Shown here in pieces: positions 1 through 16,891 of a stretch of 64,000 nucleotides of DNA (the stretch's first letter is position 1; every line of letters begins with the position of its first letter). A program made the translations under genes and the position numbers. The notes beneath the pieces are model-generated. The model saw only the letters and a list, made by a program, of their open reading frames with translations. It had not been told where the DNA came from and did not search any database. The stretch is from the human T2T-CHM13v2.0 reference genome, Homo sapiens. The stretch lies in assembly GCF_009914755.1 (NCBI RefSeq), contig NC_060928.1; one strand, given 5' to 3'.

Positions 1-1299
1 CCAATGGTAATGCTGTTATTTAGTATCAAGGAATACTGATTCCTAAAGTCAATTGCCTAGTAAAGAATCAAGAAGGTAAAAATATAAGCTATCTATTTAT
101 TCATTCTTTTGAGGTAACAAAAACTAATATGAGGTAAAAAAAAAAATCACTCTTCTAGGGTTGTTGATGGACACCTCTTACCCTAGAAGGAGGGTGAGTT
201 TTTCTCTTGGAGGATCTCAGTGACACTGGGACAATTAGATAATGGTTAGAGAGAGAAGGACACACCTCTAGATTAAAGGTGATGCTTGAACTCCCATGAA
301 CTCAAATATCCCTGCTGGTCTTTGGTTTCTCACTACCAACACTGGAGTTTGAGATTTGCTCTCTAGCTGAATCAAATAGAAGTATATTAGGTGAACACCT
401 TGGGGGAGCTTTAAAAGTAAATTCCAGCGATCTTGCCTTGAGACAGCTGCACAGTCAGGAGCTTATGTCGTTCTCGTCTCATCACTTAATTCCTGCCCGA
501 AACAGAATTTAGAGATGATGTCTCTCATCTCTAAGATGATTAGAGATCATCATGAGATCAGAAGTGACAGTTTCATCTCCCCTGGTCACAAGCAAGTGGC
601 CTCAGAATTTCTTCCCTCCCACCAAGGGAAGAGGCACAGTGACAGTTGTGTCTGAGAACAGAACTTGACACATTAAGTTCAAAAATATCTTCCACCCAGC
701 AGTATCCTTCTTATGACCACTTCATCCGGGAGTAAAATTATCTTTTTAAAGTGGCACTGGAGTAGAAATGGTTTCAAATTCTCCACTGCCTTTAGTTGGT
801 AGTTTGCAAAGTGTTTCCAACCCAGCATAGTCACTGAGCCAGTTTTACCTTCACCTCTCTTCTGCATACTGCCTGTGAATAAGGCCCTGTGCATAGAGCA
901 CTGTGCATGTAGTCCTGTTCCCTACACAGCACCTAGAAAATAGTTGGTGAACCAGCCACCAGAGAAGGTCTCCTTAGCATTCTGTAAAACCGGGAGGAGG
1001 GAATGGCCCTACCTTGTGTTTCTAGGCAGGCTTGTTTCATGCAGACATTGCCCTCAAGAGCAAGGTGAGAGGCCTTTAACAGATGTTTATTGAATGAATT
1101 AAAGGTGGTTATATATTCTGGTTTGCAGCAGGGAAACAGGGAAAGCAGGCAGTACATTGGGAAAGGGAGGCTCTTCTTAGCCCTATTTATATCCTGTCTG
1201 CCTGTGGTCCCACCTGCTGCAAGAAGCTGCTGATCGTCCCTTGTTTGCTCCTGAAGGGGGCAGGGATGCTATAGAGTCATGTTTAGCATTTAAATTCAT

Positions 1300-1920
1300 C
1301 CAGTTTTCTCCATTTCTTCTGCTACTGTTTTATCTCCTCACCGTCATCTCCTGCCTGCCTCGCCCTTTCACACTAAAGCCACAGCAAACTTTCTAAAGTG
1401 CAAGTATAACTGCCCCACATTCTTTAGGTCCTGTACTTTAGAACTTGTATATGTACATTCCCTTGCTTAGGGTACTCTTTCCATCCCCACCCACCTTTGC
1501 CTGGCTGCCTGCTTCTCATCTTCGTTTGTTATTATCTTCAGGAATCCTTCTCTGATCCCTGCTTGGCTGGGCTACCCACTCTGTCACCCTCCCTGAGTCT
1601 TCCAATTACATTCTTTACATCCTTCTTTTCAGCATGTGCTTTCATTTGCTGTGTTATAATCCCCTCTCCCTCTTTCCCCTCTTACTTCCCCCGACCTCTC
1701 CTCCTTCCCTTTCCCTCCACCTTTTCTTCCCCTCCCCGTCCAGTCCACCTAACCCTTTCTCTTCCCCTCCCACCTCTGCCTCTCTCTCCCTCTGTTCCTG
1801 TTGAACTATGAGCTCTATAAGGACAGAGACAGGGCTTTATTTACTATTGTATCTCCAATGCTTAGACCAATCCCTGACACACAGTTGGTGCTCAGTAAAT
1901 ATTTGTTTGACAAATAAATA
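1300..1920 (+). mobile_element. L2 3' remnant with an embedded CT-rich low-complexity tract (about 1660-1800)
   Basis: L2-like end (...tgtatctccaatgcttagaccaatccctgacacacagttggtgctcagtaaatatttgtt); pyrimidine tract. Confidence 0.55.
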
Positions 1921-2004
1921 GAAAAATCAGGAAATAAGAATTTTCTACCCTGCCAGATTCCATTGGGTTATTTAATGTAAAGATTAGCAAGTAATATTTC
2001 AGTA

Positions 2005-2316
2005 CCATTGGCCCTGTTTATCTACAGCTTCCACATCTGAGGATTCGACCAACCTTGGATCAAAAATATTCAAAAATTAAATTAAATTAAAAATAAGAAT
2101 ACAGTCATAAAAAATAATACAAATAAAAACCAATAACTTATAACTGTATTTACATAGCATTTACATTACATGAGGTATAAGTAATCTAGAGATGATTTAA
2201 AGTGTACAGGAGAATGTACATAGATTGTATCCAAATACTGTGCCATTTTATATCAGGGAATTGAGCATCCTTGGAGAGTTCTGGTACCAATCCCCCACAG
2301 ATGCCAAGGGACAATT
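2005..2316 (-). mobile_element. MER2-like Tigger MITE
   Basis: aagtaatctagagatgatttaaagt, gccattttatatcaggga and accaatcccccacagat match the MER2 reverse complement. Confidence 0.85.
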
Positions 2317-2763
2317 TTACTCCCATTTGTCTTAGAATTAAATGGAAGAAAATTAAAGCCAATGTAAATCTCCACCTACTGTCTCTGTGCTGGCTTGTCT
2401 CCCTCGTCTTCATGATCCCATGAGGATAACAGTCTCTTTGCTTCTGGCTTCCATTGGTTTCAGCAGGAGATTGGAAGTTATAAAGAGAATGTCCTCACCC
2501 AGCCACTGACACGATCCTTTTACCTTGTCCTGTCATTGTGTATTTTCATTACCTGGAATAAATATTGGGATGCTAATTAAAAGTGTTTACAAATATAAAA
2601 TTTGTGGGCTTATTGCTGCTACTTTGTTTGTGGGTGGGGGAGAGAGAAAGAGTAAGAGATAGGGAGAGAGAAACAGAAATAGGAGCTGGTTTAGAATGCC
2701 TATCTTTGCATTTCAGAAAGAGGAGAAAGGAGTATTTTTGTTTGAAAAGTAAAGGTGTTATAA

Positions 2764-2898
<135 letters not shown>

Positions 2899-4099
2899 TA
2901 GGTATTTGTAAAAATAAGGCACTGCTCTGCAGAGGTCATGTGACAGTTCATGGTTGATATGCTAGTGTCCAAAACCAGAAACCAAGAAAATCCATGCAAT
3001 TTGTTCAAATCTTCAGCATGAATTCCTCATGCTTTTAATGTCTTGATTTTCTATTCTTGTATAATAATTTTATTGTTAATATGCTCTTTTAAATAAATTC
3101 AGTTTGTTTTTGAAAGAAAAATGCACTGTAATTCATTAACCAACTAGACTCAAGCTCATTCATCTACTTTCTTTAAAAATTTGCATTGTTGTTTACTGAG
3201 CAGAAAAGGATATTTGGATTATATGACTTATAGATTCTGTTTAGAAAAATCACAAGATATAGGTCATTCCTAGATTTTAGATGACAGAAAACAGAAACTG
3301 TGAAAGGTTAGAAGACTGTGCTGTTAATTGTGAGTTAGTGACACATTTTCATTTACAGATTAGAGATTTAAGGACAATAAAGAATTTCTTCCTAGTTGTT
3401 AAAAAACAAAGATAAAAACCAACCCTATTTTATTTACACTGGAAATTTCACAATGATTTATGGGAGATAATATATTGATAGTAGTTGATAATTGATTTGG
3501 AGCCAGCCAAATGATTAAAACTGTGAGAACGTAACCATTTCTAAATAGGCCAATAAAAATTATGAACCATATTGACTTCAAAAAAAATGTGCCCAGCACC
3601 TGATTTATGGAAGTTGAAATTAACTGAGTTAATAGAGTACATTGCATAAAACTGGGTAACAGATAAATATGATCTTTCCTTTATGTTGTAGTTTTACAAA
3701 TGCAGTGAATTTTACATATGCATAACAGAAGAACAGGCGAGCAAGATTTCATTGCCTTTTTGCAGTACAAAATGCTAATTCAAGAATATTTTACTCAAGC
3801 CTATTTACTCATGACTATTTTATTAGTCATATATTGCAATTTTTAAACCAATTTCTTTTTTAATCTAATGATCTGAGCTTTAATTCAACATTTCTTTTCG
3901 AAGATGCTTTACATAGACAAGTTAATTGCTCTGCATTTCAAAATTATTTGCCGAACATACAGCGCTATCTCTTCTTCTGTATTCCTTAGTGTACCACTTT
4001 AGTATATCATGAGGTAATTTACATTGATATTTTCAATGATGAAAGAACAGAATAATTTATTTCATGCAGATATTATTTGTTGTGTGCTTTCTTGATTAA

Positions 4100-4357
<258 letters not shown>

Positions 4358-5642
4358 TGACTGAGTGTTTATGAGTGTTAAATACAAAATATGTTTACAC
4401 ACACACACATACCACTTAGCCGTATGGGTGAATATGGAATAGAGACAGACTTCTCCAGGGAATCATGAGCTGCAAAGCTTACCTTAACATTGGAATACGG
4501 GGTAAAAAATAGTGTTGCGTAATCATTTCTCTTTCTGAGAAGTCCCAAAATCAGAATGAAAATATTAAAATTTTCTAAACTCCTTTAGGAATAAGAACTT
4601 GGTTCAGCTGTTTTCATTTCTTATGTTTTAGAAAAGTTGTTTCACAACAGTGATATTATAGGCAATTTTAGGCATGAATGAATGTCAGTTGATAACTTGT
4701 GCAAAGATTAATATAGTTTCCTCCCCTATTATTTTCAGATTTTACATGGGGTGTCATATATTTTCATAAATATCTTTAAAACATTGTAGCTCATGCCAGC
4801 TGTTAAAAGAAGTACAAAATGGCAATGAAATAAGCAGTGGGAAATTTATTTTGACTCCAGGAATGTACAAAGACAGTATTTAAACTGGGCCATGTGGTAA
4901 ATAGATGATGACAAAAGATTATAAGCCTGCAAAAATTGGCCTTTGTATGTTAGTACTACCAGGATATGTTGACTAAACTTAAATTCTGAATTTAGTAGAG
5001 GGGCATTGAATGTTCTTGCACATAAAATGTATATGTTAAGATTGGCATCTCTGGATAGCTGCTTAGGTAAAGTATAGGAGTTCGATTGGAATTTGGAGAG
5101 AAGGAAATCTGTTAGAAGCCTATAGTGGTTGTCCAGGCAACAACTGGTGATGGTCTGAGTTTGAACATTGTCATTTAAAAATGGAATGAAGGATTATGAT
5201 ATTAAAAATTATTGTGCATAAAAAATTAAGAGGATTTTGTAACAGATTGCATATAGAAAATGAGAGCCAGGGAAGTGTTGAAGATGCTTTGGAGAGTTAG
5301 AAATTGGTTGGGAAGATGAAAAAACATGGTTTCTCTCATTTAGGAAGAAGCTAACCAACTAATAATCTGTATAAGATACCTATTTTGCCCATTCTCTTTG
5401 GCTTAAGATAAGTATAATTTAAAATTTTATGTATTTATAAGATTCTCTAAAAATTAAAGATATACTTCACAATAAGTGATATGCTTATGCACAACCTTAG
5501 ACTTTATCATCCTTTTACTTCAGGGGTATTTATTGACACATTACAGGAACTGAAGATACAGTGGAGGGTAAAACAAATATGATATCTGCAAAGCCAAGGA
5601 ATCTAGTGCAGAACACATACATTACTAAAAAAAAAAAAATCA

Positions 5643-6080
<438 letters not shown>

Positions 6081-6177
6081 TTATATTGCTACTATATTGT
6101 ATGACTAATACAACTATTGAAGGCCATTATCAAATAATTTTATATTAAATTATGTAAGTAACATTCCCATTATTACA

Positions 6178-6191
6178 GTGCCATCTACTGG
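6178..6191 (-). promoter_or_regulatory. Candidate CTCF site CCAGTAGATGGCAC
   Basis: Reverse complement of gtgccatctactgg; motif only. Confidence 0.5.
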
Positions 6192-6237
6192 TATATATGT
6201 GGTGGCTTCCCAGCTGCCAGTTAAGAATTTCTTCTAA

Positions 6238-6395
6238 GAGTGGATGTTCCATGCTGTTACCACAAAAATGATAACTGAGGTAATGCATTTGTTAATTGGC
6301 TAGATTCAGCCATTCCACAATGTATATATATTTTAAAACATCATGTTGTATGCAATAAAAACATATAATATTGTTTGTACATTAAAAATGTATTT
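6238..6395 (+). mobile_element. Old L1 (L1MA-like) 3' end
   Basis: aaaatgataactgaggtaatgcatttgttaatt...ccattccacaatgtatatata...aaaacatcatgttgta. Confidence 0.7.
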
Positions 6396-6524
6396 TAAAA
6401 GGTTGAAGATATTCTTAATTTAAAATGCAATTAATTGTGGTTCTTCTGTAAACAAAAAATAAGAAAGATTATGTCTAGTGTGAGGTATTTGTTTAAACAC
6501 TATAGCTAATTCTAACATGTGCTT

Positions 6525-6843
6525 TAACATGGATTAATTCCTGAGGACATTATGCCAAGTGAAATAAGCTAGTCACAAAAAGACACGTACTGTACAATTC
6601 CAATTATTTGAGGTATCTAGAGTAGCCAAATTCATAGGAAAAGAAAGGAGAATGGTGGTTTCCAGGGGATGTGGGAGAGGAAATGAGAAGTTGTTTAATG
6701 GACATAGAGTTTCAGTTTTGCAAGATGAAAAAATTCTGGAGATTGGTTGTACAACAATGTGTGAATGTACTTAACACTACTGAACTTAGAAATGGTTGAG
6801 CTGTTAAGTTTTCTGTTATGCTTTTTCACCATGATAAAAAAGA
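6525..6843 (+). mobile_element. L1MB-like 3' end
   Basis: gaggacattatgccaagtgaaataagctagtcacaaaaagaca...gagtttcagttttgcaagatgaaaaaattctggag; flanking direct repeat actatagcta. Confidence 0.8.
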
Positions 6844-7970
6844 ACTATAGCTATGTTAAAAATTCCCTTGCTGTACTTAAGGCTTTAATTTGGGACAAAG
6901 GGCCAGAGACTAGAATGAATCTTAATGACCCTGATCAACAATGATAAGTGGAGACTCATTGTAACCAGAACAAGTTATTTGAGTTTGCCACCAGTAGGGG
7001 AAGACATTCATTCTAATCTGTCAAATCCATTGTTCGTTTACAAAAAGAGTGGTCTGTGGGAATGTGAGTAGCCTTGATTAAAACATCCAACTTCAGCCTC
7101 CTTAGCTTTAGTCTCTAACCACCTGAGATAGAACGTTAAAACATTCCCTTGCGTATTCAATACTTGCATGCCTTCTCAGAGCAGTTCCAGTGGCACAGAG
7201 AGGTAGGTTTGGTGAAGGTGGGCTCAGAAAGATGCCCACTTACTGTTAGTAGGAGGCATGAAAATGGAGGCAGCTGATAATAAATGACTCTTTCAAAAAT
7301 GTGGCTAAAAAGGGAAGGAAAGAGACAAGGAGGAGCTAGAGGGGTCACGGGGATGAGGAAATGAAGATGGGAGAGAGGTTATAGTAGACAGAGGGAACAA
7401 AGCTAGTGGAATGAAGAGAGGGAAGATGTAAGAGAAAGGGGGTGGTCGTTGATGGATCCAGGCCCTAGAGAAGGCAGGAAGGGTGACATCAGGGGCACAG
7501 GTCAATATTAAATAAGGAGAGAGGGGAAAGAAGGTGGGGGACTAATGCAGGCAAATGTGTTGGTGGAGATGGGAATGTGGGGAGACTCTTATACAATTAC
7601 CTCAAATTTTGAAAAATCCTTACAAGAACTTGTGAATTTGATCTACCCCTTATTACTGCTGCTCAAAAGAGTAGGAACCTAAGGCAAAGAGTGGTAAGAT
7701 AAGTTACTCGAGTTTAGTCTATAAGTAGCGACAGATGTACTAAACAAGGAAAATTCCACCTTTCTCCTTCATGGGGCTAGGACGACAATCAGCCCACATT
7801 CTCCCACTCTGCAACTGCTGGGTGATAGTGGGCCTTGCTGGGACCTCATGCCACTATGCTCCCATTCTAAGGTGACGTTCCCTCCTCATGTGGGCTTTCC
7901 TTGAGGCAGGTGTGTGAGTCGGTGGCTCACTCATAACTTGCTGAGTAGCTAAAGAGCTGATTTAGTGTAG

Positions 7971-8291
<321 letters not shown>

Positions 8292-8893
8292 TGATGTCAT
8301 GCAGTTGGCGGGGGGGTGGAGGGGATTTTGTAACTTTCACTAACTGTGTAGATGTTAAGATTTTCTAAGATTTAAGTTTGTTTAAGACAATCTGGTAGTT
8401 TGGTAATTGGGGCTTTATCCCTCCAATTTCACCTCTTTTCTTGAACAACTTTTACTTACCTGCTGCATTTCGAAGAGCCTTGGGTTAAGGCAGGCAATTT
8501 AGACACCGGCAGTGGAAGCTTCTGTCGACACTTGGACCTTTCCATACCCCTGAGGAGTGAGCAAATGGAAAAGGCATTTCACATTTTATAGTAGCTCTTC
8601 TTTCTGAATTGCTCTTTGTCAGTTTGACTAGATGATGAGTCAGGAAATAAGAATCACATTTGACTAAAGAGCTTCTTGAAAAAAGTGCTGGCTATACCCA
8701 GTACTAATAAGGTAATAACATTCTGGGCTTATCTTAGAATCAGTGGCTCCTTGGGGGAACTCTTCTGAAATAGCTATTGATATACCCTCTATTTAGATAC
8801 ACTGCATTTCTCTCCCTAAAAGCTATAGCTCCCTAAAAGCAAGCTGTAGACTTGCATTAATGGCATCCTTTTCATCTTCAAACCCACTTGTGA

Positions 8894-9232
<339 letters not shown>

Positions 9233-10020
9233 TGAGTTCCTTATTACAGGCAAAATTCAATTGACCTCTAGTGGTAACAGTCTTAAGCTCCAAGCCCTCC
9301 ACCTCCCCATTTATAGTGGAGTGGGTCCCAGGCTTGGAAATAAATGCCAAAATGCTATCACCTCACAAAAATGTTCAGCGATATTTTGTTTAGAAGTTTT
9401 ATGTCCTCAATTTTAGAGGTAGTAGTATATGATCTCTTATCACATGACAGGTCTTAATAAGAAAATCAAAGTCCTTTATAAAAAATAACTTCAGGATATC
9501 AGACAAATGTGGGAAATCCAGCCTGAGAAGGCTTGTGATGTACTTTTTTACAAACTAGATATGACTTTGAGGAAGAGGAAGAGTAAACCAAGTGTGAGGT
9601 ATAACCAGTAGTACTTATTTGCCTCCCTTGAATGTGCACCCAAACAATCTGGGCATCTGTGGATTCATCCCTTGATATCTTTCTAGCAGAAATATACCAA
9701 AGATAATTTACATTTTATTAAATTTTTTAAAAATTTATATTTATCTGGTAGGCATGGTGTAAATATAAGTAAAGTAACAGATTGATGAAAAATAAACAAA
9801 AGTTATGCAATGAAAAAAAGAGGCTAGTTTCAGCTCACAATTCAAAATTTACTTATGTTTTTCCTCTAGCTAACCATCATAACTTTAGTATGCACTGAAA
9901 GAATTTATATGCATTTCTTATTTTATTACATAGAGTGTTAAAAAGCTGTGTAGTCAATGGTCAAGAGTTTTAAAAATTAATAATTCTTATTGATTCACAA
10001 CAATCTTCTTGTGAAACTGG

Positions 10021-10763
<743 letters not shown>

Positions 10764-11501
10764 TGAAGAGCTCAGCTACTGGTAGAGTTTGCTGTCATTT
10801 CCTTTTTCCATACTAAGACACCAGCTGTTGCCCACATTCCTTTTGCCATATCAGTACAAATGTGAACATGGTGGAAAAAGGCAGTTAACTTTATAGTATT
10901 ATTATGAAAAGAATTATGACTTTAGGGACATTCTGAAGGATGAGCCCAGGGTTCTGTGGATCACAGTTTAGAAAACTGCTGTCTTACAGAATCCATTTCT
11001 CCCCTGTTCTGAGAGTGGGCAGTGCGAGAATCTTATGCCTGTATTAAATCATGACTTTTTAATGTCCTTTCATATTATAAGATGTAGGTAAAATCAGGCT
11101 AAAATAAGCATGAAAGCAGCATAAAGGAGGAAGCATGTGTATGGAAGACAAGTTGGGAAGATCATCTATTTTGTCCTTAATAACCGTGGGCTGTGATTAT
11201 GAGCTGATCATGTCCCTGAGGGTTTTGGTATTTTACTCTTGTTTTTTGCCAGTACCTGAAAGAGTCCTATCTTTCTTCCGTACTGGTTCCTTATCCCCCG
11301 AATCATTAAGTGCTCAGTGAAAATGAGAGGGTGTGGGATAGCAGGGTGAGGTTTACTAAGTTACCAAGACCCTGACAGTTTCTCTGAATCCTCTTACTGT
11401 AAGAATGAGTCTGAACTCACAACCAATGAATAGTCGTAAACATAAATGAAATCAAACTTTTTTTTTGAAACAGAAAAGCTAAATTTAATTGCATCTATTG
11501 A

Positions 11502-11642
<141 letters not shown>

Positions 11643-12555
11643 TAGTTCTCCAATATACCTTTGGTTCCAACAGTTTCCATCCTACCAATGAGAAATTTTG
11701 AATTACCTTTCTAACTTAATATTGCCTAAGTTCTACACAAGGCTAATGAAACCAAACCTTGGACTCAAGTCTGTCTCTTCTGAATGATGTGCCTGAGAAA
11801 GATGGCTGCATATTAGTCTGGACATAAACAGGACACCTTGAGAGTCTTTGGGTGTGAGTCTTTGTTCTGTGAAGAAACAAAGTAACTTGGAAACAAAAGT
11901 AAAACACAGGACAACATATTTGAATGTATTTCCATCCACCCCTGATATTTTTGGTATTTGGTCCACCTTGCTGTTTTTCTATTAGCCTGAAAAGTTGATA
12001 GTAATTGATAAACAAATATAGGTTGAGCACTTCAATTGCTGCAGAAAGTCCACAAACAGCAAATGTTGGAATTCTTTTCTTCTGTGTTGCACATTTGTCA
12101 CTAAAATGCCAAATCATGTGTTCAGTATGTAACAACTTTAGGGAACTTAAGTCTTTCTTGTTCCATATTCACCTAGGAGGTCAGTGGTTTTTCCAGCTGG
12201 GTTCAGCTCAGCCCTAGAGCTTCTGCAAACCCCATCCTTTCACTTTAGGTCACTGCCCTTCAAGCAGTGCAATTTGACTTTGAAACATTTTATTTGTTTG
12301 TGTTACTAAGTAACACTTTAACAAGATGTATGTGGCAAAAAAAAAAAAGGAAAATATTTCAAAACTCCACATTAGGACTTTTAAGGAGATGCTTTACCCA
12401 ACTTTTGTGGTCTGCAAACTACTTTGTTGATGTACGTGGCTCTGGGTACCTCTTACCTCACCTTATCAGTGTGATTTTTTTATAAGATATAAATAAGGAG
12501 GTTCATAATTTTAGTAATAACAATAACATTTGCAGAGAATGTTAGATTATATATA

Positions 12556-12788
12556 CAGTCATCCATCTGTATCCACAGGGGATTGATTCCAGGATTCCCA
12601 AGTATATCAAAATCTGCACATATGCAAGTCCCAAAGTCACCCCATGGAACCCAGGTATACAAAACATCAGGCATCGGTGTAGGCAGGTTTCACATCCCAC
12701 CAATAATACTGATCTGTGTTCAGTTGAAAAAAATCCAGGTATAAGTGGACCTGTGCAGTTCAAACCCGTGTTGTTCAAGGGTCAACCA
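12556..12788 (-). mobile_element. MER8-like Tigger MITE
   Basis: gtataagtggacctgtgcagttcaaacccgtgttgttcaagggtcaac terminus; ta|cagtc at the other end. Confidence 0.85.
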
Positions 12789-15394
12789 TAATCTCTAATT
12801 TGATCCTCATTACAAATCAGTTCACAGATATGAAAGCAGAGAGACTGAGATCTATTAAGTTAGTGACTTGACCAAAGGTTTTTGAAAATTATGACCAAAT
12901 AATTAATTAATGTGAAAATAAGACGTTCTGGAAAACTTCATTAACATTAGGAATATAGTGTGTTTAGCAATTTATTTGGCATACACTGTGCTAAGTGCTG
13001 GGGATACCAAGATGAGCTAAATACCATCCCAGTCCTCAAGGCCACAGTTAGTTGTGGAGACAAACAGCATGAAAGAATAAAATACTTTAAACCAATGTTA
13101 GGGATGTAGAGAACCTTTGCAAAGTCACCAGGAATCCCTAGAGATTCATAGAGCATATTTTGAAAGACTAATGGTTGAGGGACTGAAAGACTAAGATAAA
13201 TGACAGATAGGTGGGAATGGGGGAGTGATTAAGTGACCAAAGTATTTGTGAATTTGGCTTAATACCTGGAGCCTAGTACAGAATAGAGGGAGCTGATTGT
13301 CCTGGTGAAAAACCCCTCATCTTTCCATACCTGGATTGTGTTCTGTGTTGTCCTAGCTTGTGAAGTCTTACTTCCACCTAAGTCAGGCTTGGGGGTCTAA
13401 TTTCTGTTTCAGAGTGAGATTTCACATCAACAAAGTGTCTATGGCTAAAAGACAATGTGAAAACTCCACATTAGGATTTTAGAGTATAATCTAAAATTCT
13501 TAACGTGGCCTTTTGGGCCCTGTATGAAACAACCTTTAGACACCTCCCCAGCCTCAACAAGGGCTCACCAGCCCTCTTGCCTTCGGCTTTCTGTGGCCTG
13601 CTTCCCTCATCCTGGCCTTGTTTCTAACAGACATGGACATGTGTGCTAGTTGTTTTTTCAGCCCATGGTGTGTTTCTTAGCCCTTCAAAGTCCTGTGTGT
13701 CCTTCGCCCTCTGGCTCAGAAAGCCTTTCCTAGTTCCTGACCGGGCTAGGGCTGCCTATTACAGCTCTCTTAGAACCTCACTTCTGCCCCTTGATCACAT
13801 TCATCACACTGTACTTCAATAACTAATTATGCAAAACAGCAGAGCCTTTGTCAATAGCAGAGCCCTATTCTTCACCACTGTATTTTTGCCTCTCAGGAAG
13901 GCCTAATATGTAGTAGGTACTTTCAAATGAATTATATTAGTTTCACTAACAGGACCTTGGGTCTCTTCTAGTGTGATAAGGTTAATTCTTATTTAAATTA
14001 TCACAATATCTTTCTTTGTCATCCTTATTTAAATATGTATCAAAGAGAGTTTGATCAAATATTTGACTAAATATCTTGATCAAAGGGGTTTTTTTTAAGG
14101 TCACTTTTTATTCTAGTCCTTAGAACCATCATGAAAAATAGACCTGGCAGAAATTGTCACTGCTGTTTTAGAGAAGAGGAATGTGAACACAGGCATTTAT
14201 TTCTTCCAGAGCTTCTTTGTGGCAGAAACAACAACAACAACTTTGGCTGTAGCCTGTCCCTCCTACAACTGCATAACTATTGCTTTTCATTACGCACAGC
14301 TGCCTTGGGTTTGCATGTTACCAAGTAAATCCTGAATCATATTCTAATTTAAGATAATTCTGCAAGTGATTTAAAACATCTTGGGTAATCGGATACTGTC
14401 CACTCTACACTCTGAGCAGCCTTGTGATTTGGGAGCTAGTCTTCCAAATAAATGCTGAATTAAATGGATAATTGATTTGGTCTGATCTTATCCATCTCTA
14501 AGAGTCATGAGTGACAGGAGATAACCAAGCAAGCATGAAAGGCATCTGCTCCCACAAGAGAAATCTTCTCGCTCAAGTAGCTAAGCAAATCAAATGCAAT
14601 TACCCAATGTCTGCATTCACATGCCACCTGAATCCTACTTAGATCATTTAACTTTCTTTAATTTATCGGCAAGTTTGGAGGGCTTTTTAAAAAATCTCTT
14701 CTGTACTAAGATGAGCAAGCTTACCAGTGAATAGACAGATGATAAATTATATCCTACTGTGGTATGTCAGATTCCCCCAACTCCAAAAAGGTAGGGCAGA
14801 GTGGCATTTGGAGAATGATTACATACATAAGTAAAGAGAAAAAAAAAAAACCTGCTCATGTTTATGGCTCAACATATAACTCTGTTCCCCAGGGCACTTG
14901 GATTTCAATGGAGTATGAAATGAAATGATCCATTTACTGCACTTAACTTGTATGGTTCATGATTTTGTAAAAGTGCCTTGAGGTGTGCAAGTCACTACAT
15001 AAATCTTGATAATAAACACACATTGTGACATACATATTCTATTATATATGATATTAGTAAATTGTCAGTAAATCTTTTTATAATTGAATTTCTTTGCCAT
15101 GTTGGTGCACAGATCTACTTGCTAAATATTAGTCTGTGTGTCTTTGGGGGATAAGAATAGATTGACTCCTTTTGTTGTCAAAATGGTTGGGAAGTTTCAA
15201 AACAAGCAACAGACCTTTCAAATTTGAGTCTATTTGCTTCTAGCAATTTTATAATTTACATTTGCAAATGCTTTTAAAAATTATAAATAAGTTCATATAG
15301 GGTTCCTTGAACACACCAGATAGTGCTTTAAAACTAAAGTTCTTTGAGGGCACATAAACAGAAACATGGCTATGGGACTTTGGGACTATGCATC

Positions 15395-15653
15395 TCTTTT
15401 TTTTTCTTTTTTTGACAGTGTCTCACTTTGTCACCCAGGCTGGAGTGCAGTGGCACCATCTTGTCTCACGGCCGCATCAACCTCCTGATTCTCCTACCTC
15501 AGCCCCCCAAGTAGCTGGGACTATACACCAGTTTTCAGTAGAGACAGAGTTTCACCATGTTGCCCAGGCTGGTCTCGAACTCCTGGGCTCAAGTAATCCA
15601 TCCTCAGCTTCCCAAAGTGCTGGGATTACAAGCATGAACCACTGCACCCAGCC
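15395..15653 (-). mobile_element. Alu (J-like, internally deleted)
   Basis: Antisense Alu motifs with deletions in the right arm and linker. Confidence 0.9.
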
Positions 15654-15775
15654 AGCTATGGATCTTTTAATGCAGTATAGTTTATAGGTCAACTAAGCGT
15701 TTCTATTTGGAGGTTAACCTGTCCCAGAACTTGGGAAAGGAAGTGGTGGACTGTTCTGTAGAACCAGAAGATTAA

Positions 15776-15988
<213 letters not shown>

Positions 15989-16654
15989 TGAACCAGAAAC
16001 ATTTTTTCTGCTCTTTCTGACTCAAAAACTCCAGAAGGATTTATGTAATCAGCAGATTTGAATAAGTTATTTGATGTTAGCTAAAAAAAAAAATTGAATG
16101 ACATGCATAGAAAATGAGACATATAAATATATTTACACAAATACATTGAGTTTATAGTAAAATTTATGGTTACACAATATATGCAGTTGTCATTAAGGGG
16201 AAGAATTTATAATTAGCTTTAGAAGCATGAATTTGAGTTCAAGTCAAGTTTATGACTTCACCAATTCCAATGAAAACACAACTTTTTTTTTTTTTTTTTT
16301 ACCCCAGAAGCTTAGGTCATAAGTTTTAGTCAAATGAATAGATTAATGGATGGGTTCCTATTTTATATTAATAGCCTCAAAATTATAATTTAACGATTGC
16401 TGGAAAGATCTCAGTCCTTATGGTCTGAAACTCTGGCAGAAAGTGATTTATTTACATATTTGCCTAATCGGATAGGTGGGAACTCTGTAAAGACTAATTC
16501 AGCAGTAACTTGTGAACTTTATGTCCAAGATGCAGGGCGTGCCTGATGTTGGCAACAGCACCTGTAAAGGACTGAATAAGAATTGAATATACGATTATGC
16601 TTATTCTTTCCAACTAGTCCCATTTATATCAGGATTGCCTAAATATTGCACTAG

Positions 16655-16891
<237 letters not shown>

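Noticed and set aside
1497-1811. 104-aa Pro/Ser/Leu-rich ORF
   Set aside because: Product of a CT-rich low-complexity tract within an L2 remnant
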